From a virus (taxonomy: Duplodnaviria; Caudoviricetes), in the IMG/VR virus record IMGVR_UViG_3300010885_017808, positions 524-64,523 of that record: 64,000 bases of DNA; one strand, given 5' to 3'. Under the pieces are notes generated by a model. It was given only the letters and a program-made list of their open reading frames with translations. It made no database searches and had not been told where the DNA came from. Of the stretch, positions 58,517-64,000 are shown one piece after another; the stretch's first letter is position 1; each line of letters begins with the position of its first letter. The position numbers and the translations under genes are program-made.

Positions 58517-59113
58517 ATGACATTAGTACCGATGGTAGTTGAAAGCACAAGCAAAGGCGAACGTGCCTATGACATCTATAGCCGCTTGCTTAAAGAGCGT
58601 ATTGTAATGCTAAATGGACCAGTAGAAGACAACATGTCCAATATCATTGTAGCTCAACTATTATTTTTAGAATCCGAAAATCCGGACAAAGAAATCAGCA
58701 TGTTTATCAACAGCCCCGGAGGCGTTATTACATCAGGTATGGCTATCTATGATACAATGCAGTTTATTCGTTGCCCTGTATCTACCTATGTAATGGGACA
58801 GGCCTGTTCAATGGGTTCCTTTCTAGCACAGGCAGGCACAGCAGGTAAGCGTTATATGTTGCCTTATGCACGTCACATGATTCATCAGCCCAGCGGCGGT
58901 GCTCGAGGTATGCAAAGCGATATTGAAATCCAATACAAAGAGATTACCAAGATGAAAACAATCTTAACTGAACTCTATGTTAAACATAACACAGCAGGAA
59001 AGACCTATGCTGACTTTGAACGTGACATGGATCGTGACACCTTCATGAGTGCGCAAGAAGCACTCGAATACGGATTAGTAGATAAAATTATTACCAAACG
59101 AGACCAACAATGA
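58517..59113 (+). CDS. clpP: ATP-dependent Clp protease proteolytic subunit
   Basis: [30 protein letters not shown]. Confidence 0.95.
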   Translation: MTLVPMVVESTSKGERAYDIYSRLLKERIVMLNGPVEDNMSNIIVAQLLFLESENPDKEISMFINSPGGVITSGMAIYDTMQFIRCPVSTYVMGQACSMGSFLAQAGTAGKRYMLPYARHMIHQPSGGARGMQSDIEIQYKEITKMKTILTELYVKHNTAGKTYADFERDMDRDTFMSAQEALEYGLVDKIITKRDQQ

Positions 59114-59517
59114 CACAATTAACAGGTAAAATAGACAAGGGGTGGGGATATGAAATCATATGGGCCACTAACGACAAGTACTGTGGCAAGATTATGGTAT
59201 TTGAAAAGGTAGGCGCTAAATTTAGTATGCACTTCCATAAAGAAAAAGATGAGTCGTGGTTTGTTAACGCTGGCGAATTTAAATTAGTTTGGTGCGATAC
59301 CGCAACTGCGACCTACAAAGAAGAAATTCTAAGAGAAGGCGATACCCGCCACGTACCCCCAATGGTACCACATCAGCTCATTGCATTAAAACCTAACTCA
59401 ATGATATTTGAAGTCAGTACACCAGACTCAGTAGAAGATAATTACAGAATCATACCAGGAGATAGCCAAAGTGTGGGAACAACCGCAGCCGCAGCCGCAA
59501 CAGTCAACCCAACCTAA
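59110..59517 (+). CDS. cupin-domain protein
   Basis: KGWGYE..SMHFH..E..PH. Confidence 0.8.
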   Translation: MTQLTGKIDKGWGYEIIWATNDKYCGKIMVFEKVGAKFSMHFHKEKDESWFVNAGEFKLVWCDTATATYKEEILREGDTRHVPPMVPHQLIALKPNSMIFEVSTPDSVEDNYRIIPGDSQSVGTTAAAAATVNPT

Positions 59518-60100
59518 GATAATATGGTCCGGGGGATTATTTAGAACCAAGTGTGTTATTGGTTTAGATAGAGACGGTGTAATTAATCGAGACTTGGGCA
59601 CATATTGTTTTAGCCCTGCCACCTTTGATCCTATCCCAGGAAGCATTGATGCCATCGCTGAACTTAGAAGCAAGGGATATAAAATTGCAATAATTACAGA
59701 TCAAGGTGGCATCGAAAAAGGATTGTACACTCAAGAAGATGTAGATCTAACACATGAATATCTGCTAAAACTCCTAGGAGAAGCAGGCTGTACTAGTATC
59801 GACGGAATTTATTACAGTGCCAGCAGTCGCAAAGAAGATATATATGCAAAGCCAAACACTGGAATGTTCAAACGATGTGAAAAAGAAATACCAGACATAA
59901 AATTCAAAGAAGGATATTATGTTGGTGACAAAATGAAAGATCTCAAAGCTGCAATAAATGTAGGTGCCAGACCTGTGTTAGTACGAACAGGGTATGGTGA
60001 AGAAACCGAAAAAGAGTTAGAGAAGTTCACTTATAGAAAAATTAAACAACAAACTATTATATTCGATAACCTAGCACAGTTTGTGGAGTCGCTTGAATGA
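59471..60100 (+). CDS. gmhB: D,D-heptose 1,7-bisphosphate phosphatase (HAD)
   Basis: DRDGVIN, KPNTGM, VGD..D, VRTGYG. Confidence 0.8.
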   Translation: MWEQPQPQPQQSTQPKIIWSGGLFRTKCVIGLDRDGVINRDLGTYCFSPATFDPIPGSIDAIAELRSKGYKIAIITDQGGIEKGLYTQEDVDLTHEYLLKLLGEAGCTSIDGIYYSASSRKEDIYAKPNTGMFKRCEKEIPDIKFKEGYYVGDKMKDLKAAINVGARPVLVRTGYGEETEKELEKFTYRKIKQQTIIFDNLAQFVESLE

Positions 60101-60501
60101 CCCGAGTTGTTGTTAACGGAACCTTTGATATTATACATCTAGGACATTTAAAGTTACTAGAGTATGCAAGGAGTTTCCCTAACAGCTATGTTTTAGTATT
60201 AACTGACAGCGATCAGAGAATAACAGAATTGAAAGGATCTGATCGTCCAATCAACAATGAATATGAACGATGCAGTATGCTATCTGCAATGAAATATGTA
60301 GATCGTATAGAAACATTTAACAGTGATCAAGAACTGATAGATTTAATCAAAGACTTTAAGCCCGACATTATGGTTAAAGGTAGCGATTATCAAGACAAGA
60401 CAATAATAGGTGCAGAGTATTGTAAAGATATAAAATTTTATGACAGATTTAAACACTACTCAACAACTGACACTATTCAACGTATTAATAAAAGAGAATA
60501 A
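60097..60501 (+). CDS. heptose-1-phosphate adenylyltransferase (HldE domain II/RfaE2)
   Basis: NGTFDIIHLGH, LKG..RP, KGSDY, STT. Confidence 0.85.
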   Translation: MTRVVVNGTFDIIHLGHLKLLEYARSFPNSYVLVLTDSDQRITELKGSDRPINNEYERCSMLSAMKYVDRIETFNSDQELIDLIKDFKPDIMVKGSDYQDKTIIGAEYCKDIKFYDRFKHYSTTDTIQRINKRE

Positions 60502-60506
60502 AAATT

Positions 60507-61166
60507 ATGCCCTTAATGACTATTAAAAGTATGTATCCCACAAATGAATTTGCTCCTTCGTGGACAATACCTATTCATTTGTCCGAATGGAACGACTATG
60601 AAAAAATTGATAAAATTAGAAATTTTTTAATCGATAAAGAACCTAAATTGTTAAACAATCCTCCAAGTGTTGTTTATTCTGCACACCACGATCGAGATAG
60701 TTTATTTAATTATGTAGATGTATTGCCCGAGCTGAATGAGCTATTAAGATTCTTAAGAATTAGTTTTGTAAATTGTATACACGATACGCATAGCGAGTTA
60801 CGAGATTGTCATATTGTATCTTGGTGGAACGTTGTATATAAAGGTCAAGAACTAACTAAGCATTTACATGATGCAGGGCCTACCGGTTACCTAAGTGGAA
60901 ACATGCATTTAGATAATTATGAAACAACAACTGATTATCATGTTCCATTCGATCGTACAAATATAAATCCTTTTCCTAATCGAAAAGGAGGTCTAACAAT
61001 TTTTCCAAGTTACCTGCCTCATAGTGTAGGTGTGTATAACGGTGATAGTCCAAGAGTTAGTCTTGGTTTTGATTTCACTTTATCAAAGCCAAATGAACAC
61101 GATAACATTCCATTTATGAGTAAAGAAATTTTAGATTCATTGAGAATAGTAAGACCTAACAGTTAA
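60507..61166 (+). CDS. putative 2OG-Fe(II) oxygenase, paralog A
   Basis: HLH..YLSGNMHLD..FPSYLPH..RVS. Confidence 0.65.
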   Translation: MPLMTIKSMYPTNEFAPSWTIPIHLSEWNDYEKIDKIRNFLIDKEPKLLNNPPSVVYSAHHDRDSLFNYVDVLPELNELLRFLRISFVNCIHDTHSELRDCHIVSWWNVVYKGQELTKHLHDAGPTGYLSGNMHLDNYETTTDYHVPFDRTNINPFPNRKGGLTIFPSYLPHSVGVYNGDSPRVSLGFDFTLSKPNEHDNIPFMSKEILDSLRIVRPNS

Positions 61167-61183
61167 TTGCTATAGGAAAAATT

Positions 61184-61870
61184 ATGAATATAATTAGATT
61201 TAAAAGTTTACATCCTAAAACTGAATTTTCTCCTGAGTGGGATATTCCTCTATATGTATCACAATGGAAAGAATCCGATAAGATTAATAAAATTAAAAAT
61301 TTTTTAATTAATAAAGAAGAAGAAGTAAAATCTTTACCGATGGGAACTAGTGCAGCATACGGTGACGGTCGAACAGGGTTAGGTCTAAACAGTGTAACTT
61401 CAAAATCGGGAACATATAGTTTATTTGACTTTAGAAATGAATTACCCGAGTTTGATGAGCTGTTAAATTTTTTAAGATGCAGCTATGTAGATTTTGTTTT
61501 ACAAAATCAGTCAGAAATTCGTAATTTACACATTGTATGTTGGTACAATATTGTTAGGACAGGGCAAGAAATACAAAAACATTTCCACGGTGCTAATCAT
61601 AACATGTATCTAAGTGGCAACATGCATCTTGATGACTATCCAACATCAACAGATTATCATATACCTCACGATGATAGCATAGTCCATAAAATTGAAAATA
61701 TAATTGGTGGAATAACAATGTTTCCAAGTTACTTGCCTCATAAAGTAGGAGTGTATACTGGAGAGGAACTTAGAGTAAGTGTTGCATTTGATTTACATAT
61801 ACAAGAACCCAAAGAGCTTGTATCAATTCCATTTATGAACGAAGAAATTTTAAATTCATTAGGATTTTAA
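61184..61870 (+). CDS. putative 2OG-Fe(II) oxygenase, paralog B
   Basis: HFH..YLSGNMHLD..FPSYLPH..RVS. Confidence 0.65.
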   Translation: MNIIRFKSLHPKTEFSPEWDIPLYVSQWKESDKINKIKNFLINKEEEVKSLPMGTSAAYGDGRTGLGLNSVTSKSGTYSLFDFRNELPEFDELLNFLRCSYVDFVLQNQSEIRNLHIVCWYNIVRTGQEIQKHFHGANHNMYLSGNMHLDDYPTSTDYHIPHDDSIVHKIENIIGGITMFPSYLPHKVGVYTGEELRVSVAFDLHIQEPKELVSIPFMNEEILNSLGF

Positions 61871-61876
61871 TACTTT

Positions 61877-62614
61877 ATGACTACCCAACCAAAATTCAAA
61901 ATATTGTTAATAGGCGATGACTGTGTTGATGTATATCAATATGGAACAGTAGATCGTATTAGTCCAGAAGCCCCTGTGCCGATATTCAAATACATTGACG
62001 AAGTATCTAAGCCCGGCATGGCTGCAAATGTCAAGGCTAACCTAGAAGCACTGGGCTGTGATGTTTCTTACATGCACGGTGAAACTAGCACAAAGACTAG
62101 ACTAATAGATATTCGTAGCAAACAACACATTGTAAGAATTGATAACGATGTACAATCAAAACCCATTGACTTTACTAATATTTCTGAATCATACGATGCT
62201 GTGGTAATCAGCGACTACAACAAAGGAACAGTTAGCTATGAGCTAATTGAAGGTATACGAAAGAACTATCGAGGCCCAATCTTTGTTGATACAAAGAAAA
62301 CTGATCTTGCTAGACTAGAAGGATGCATTGTAAAAATTAACAGTTTAGAAAATAGCCTAATCAAAACTACCTGCACTGATTTAATTGTTACTTTGGGCAA
62401 GCATGGTGCAGTATATAAAAACGAAACGTATCCTGCACAAGCCGTCGAAGTTGCAGATGTATGCGGCGCCGGCGATACATTCTTAGCAGCATTGACCTAT
62501 CAGTATATTGACACTGACAATATCGAACAATCAATACGATTTGCCATACAGGCCAGTGCAGTGACAGTACAGCATTTAGGAGTCTATGCTCCGACATTAA
62601 AGGAAATGGGATGA
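61877..62614 (+). CDS. heptose-7-phosphate kinase (HldE domain I/RfaE1, PfkB)
   Basis: RISPEAPVP, SDYNKG, DVCGAGDTF. Confidence 0.88.
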   Translation: MTTQPKFKILLIGDDCVDVYQYGTVDRISPEAPVPIFKYIDEVSKPGMAANVKANLEALGCDVSYMHGETSTKTRLIDIRSKQHIVRIDNDVQSKPIDFTNISESYDAVVISDYNKGTVSYELIEGIRKNYRGPIFVDTKKTDLARLEGCIVKINSLENSLIKTTCTDLIVTLGKHGAVYKNETYPAQAVEVADVCGAGDTFLAALTYQYIDTDNIEQSIRFAIQASAVTVQHLGVYAPTLKEMG

Positions 62615-63477
62615 TAGTAGTAACAGGTGCCGGAGGCTTCATAGGCAGTGTTGTAGTTGGGTATTTGAATTCTCAAGGTATAACTGACCTAATATTGTTC
62701 GACGACTTGCCAACTGGCAATCAGTATAAAAATTTAATAGGTAAACAATATATTAGTTTGCACAGCGCAGATGAGATGTTGACAGATGCAGAAGACATAG
62801 AATATGTTATTCATCTAGGTGCAAACTCTAATACACTAGAGCGTGACTGGGCCAGTTTATACAAAACTAATGTTTGCAGTACTCGCAGATGGAACCAGTT
62901 TTGTGCAGAAAATAATATTCCGTTTATCTTTGCCAGCAGTGCCGCAGTTTATGGAAATGGGCAAGGACCGATGAATCATTATGCATTTAGTAAAGCAGTA
63001 AGTGAGAATGAAATCAACGGAGTTGTACTTAGATTGTTTAATGTCTACGGACCCAACGAATACCATAAAGGTCGTATGGCCAGTACTATAATGCACTGGT
63101 ACAATCAAATACAAGAAACTGGACAGTACAAAATATTTGAAGGTAGTAGACAACTACGTAGAGATTTAATTCACGTAGAAGATGTTGCAAAAACAATCTA
63201 TCATTTTGTGTTAAACTATCAACCAGGTACTTACGATCTAGGCACAGGTGTTAGTGTAGACTTTGAAACAGTAGCAGACACCGTAGCAGCAACTATGTGT
63301 AAAGGTAATAAAAATTTTATAATAATGCCCGAGGATCTTAAAGCACAATATCAAAAAGATACAAAGGCAGATACAACAGCATTACGTAATTTTGGCGTTG
63401 ATGTTAGCGAATTTCTAACAATTAAAAACGGCATTGAAAACTACGTTGAATATTTAAATTCTAATACGTTCTACTAA
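62611..63477 (+). CDS. hldD: ADP-L-glycero-D-manno-heptose 6-epimerase-like
   Basis: [39 protein letters not shown]. Confidence 0.85.
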   Translation: MIVVTGAGGFIGSVVVGYLNSQGITDLILFDDLPTGNQYKNLIGKQYISLHSADEMLTDAEDIEYVIHLGANSNTLERDWASLYKTNVCSTRRWNQFCAENNIPFIFASSAAVYGNGQGPMNHYAFSKAVSENEINGVVLRLFNVYGPNEYHKGRMASTIMHWYNQIQETGQYKIFEGSRQLRRDLIHVEDVAKTIYHFVLNYQPGTYDLGTGVSVDFETVADTVAATMCKGNKNFIIMPEDLKAQYQKDTKADTTALRNFGVDVSEFLTIKNGIENYVEYLNSNTFY

Positions 63478-64000
63478 ACACATCTTTAAGAGACATAACT
63501 AGATCTTCAATCATACCATCATCGTGGAATGGAGTTGGGGCAAATCTTAAACGTTCAGTTCCTACTGCAACGGTAGGATGATTGATGGGCTGTACATAGA
63601 TGTTGTGATCGTTTAAAAGAGCATCGCTCATTGCCTTGCACTTCTTTGCTTCTCCCACTAACACAGGTACGATGTGCGTAGTTGAGCATTCCATGACTGG
63701 GATGCCTGCTTTCATTAAACGATGTTTAAGTTTACGGGCACGTTCTTGATGTTGATCACGGAGTTCATTATGATCCTTAAGATATTTAACAGCAGCTAGA
63801 GCACCTGCACAACTCACAGGGCTCATTGAAGTTGTAAAGATAAAACCTGCAGCTACTGAACGAATGGCATCAACAATCTCAACATCGGCAGCAATATAGC
63901 CACCTTGGACTCCATAGGCTTTCCCTAATGTACCATTGACTATGTCAATACGGGATTGTAGCCCAAGCTCTTCGACCTTCCCACCACCGTGGGGACCATA
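63461..64000 (-). CDS. hemA: 5-aminolevulinate synthase (C4 pathway), 5'-truncated by window
   Basis: Frame open to window end: [46 protein letters not shown]. Confidence 0.88.
   Translation of the reverse strand, partial: YGPHGGGKVEELGLQSRIDIVNGTLGKAYGVQGGYIAADVEIVDAIRSVAAGFIFTTSMSPVSCAGALAAVKYLKDHNELRDQHQERARKLKHRLMKAGIPVMECSTTHIVPVLVGEAKKCKAMSDALLNDHNIYVQPINHPTVAVGTERLRFAPTPFHDDGMIEDLVMSLKDVFSRTY

Noticed and set aside
59471-59517. Frameshift fusion of cupin and GmhB at the (CCGCAG)n overlap
   Set aside because: AGGAG lies 9 nt before GTG 59471, so independent initiation explains it.
1-64000. Stop-codon recoding
   Set aside because: Genes are full-length in the standard code, TAG and TGA end real ORFs, and there is no suppressor tRNA.
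58517-64000. Host chromosomal DNA (clpP, hld, hemA) indicating a prophage edge or chimera
   Set aside because: The genes are compact, overlapping, AT-rich and interleaved with phage-type oxygenases and cupins; no att site or integrase was seen.

Overview
64-kb segment of a large lytic dsDNA tailed phage (T4-superfamily-like/jumbo myovirus; a proteobacterial host is inferred from sigma70 promoters, a C4-pathway ALA synthase and ADP-heptose genes). 1-22 kb is a replication/recombination core (gp32-like SSB, UvsX, UvsY, UvsW, primase, gp41-like helicase, a 192-aa mini-DnaE), interrupted by an 8-kb glycosylation island. About 25.4-44.8 kb is a visibly GC-richer, minus-strand early block of small genes driven by about 30 near-consensus TTGACA-N17-TATAAT promoters. 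It includes a MoxR AAA+/VWA pair and three tRNAs, and is bracketed by two structured non-coding regions. The right-hand one carries iterons and a strand-polarised GCAGCGGGGCC motif. 45-64 kb holds auxiliary genes: YqgE, radical SAM, PBP7-like peptidase, DNA ligase, a DGQH/HNH/GIY-YIG nuclease module, ClpP, a near-complete ADP-heptose pathway and a partial ALA synthase. The most notable observations are the polarised motif and origin/terminus architecture, a possible SPO1/T5-like terminal-repeat takeover module, a lone counter-oriented promoter making a candidate sRNA, proteins with T4-CTS-like N-termini (including a nucleotidyltransferase), and the mini-DnaE. All calls were made by eye; no searches were run.
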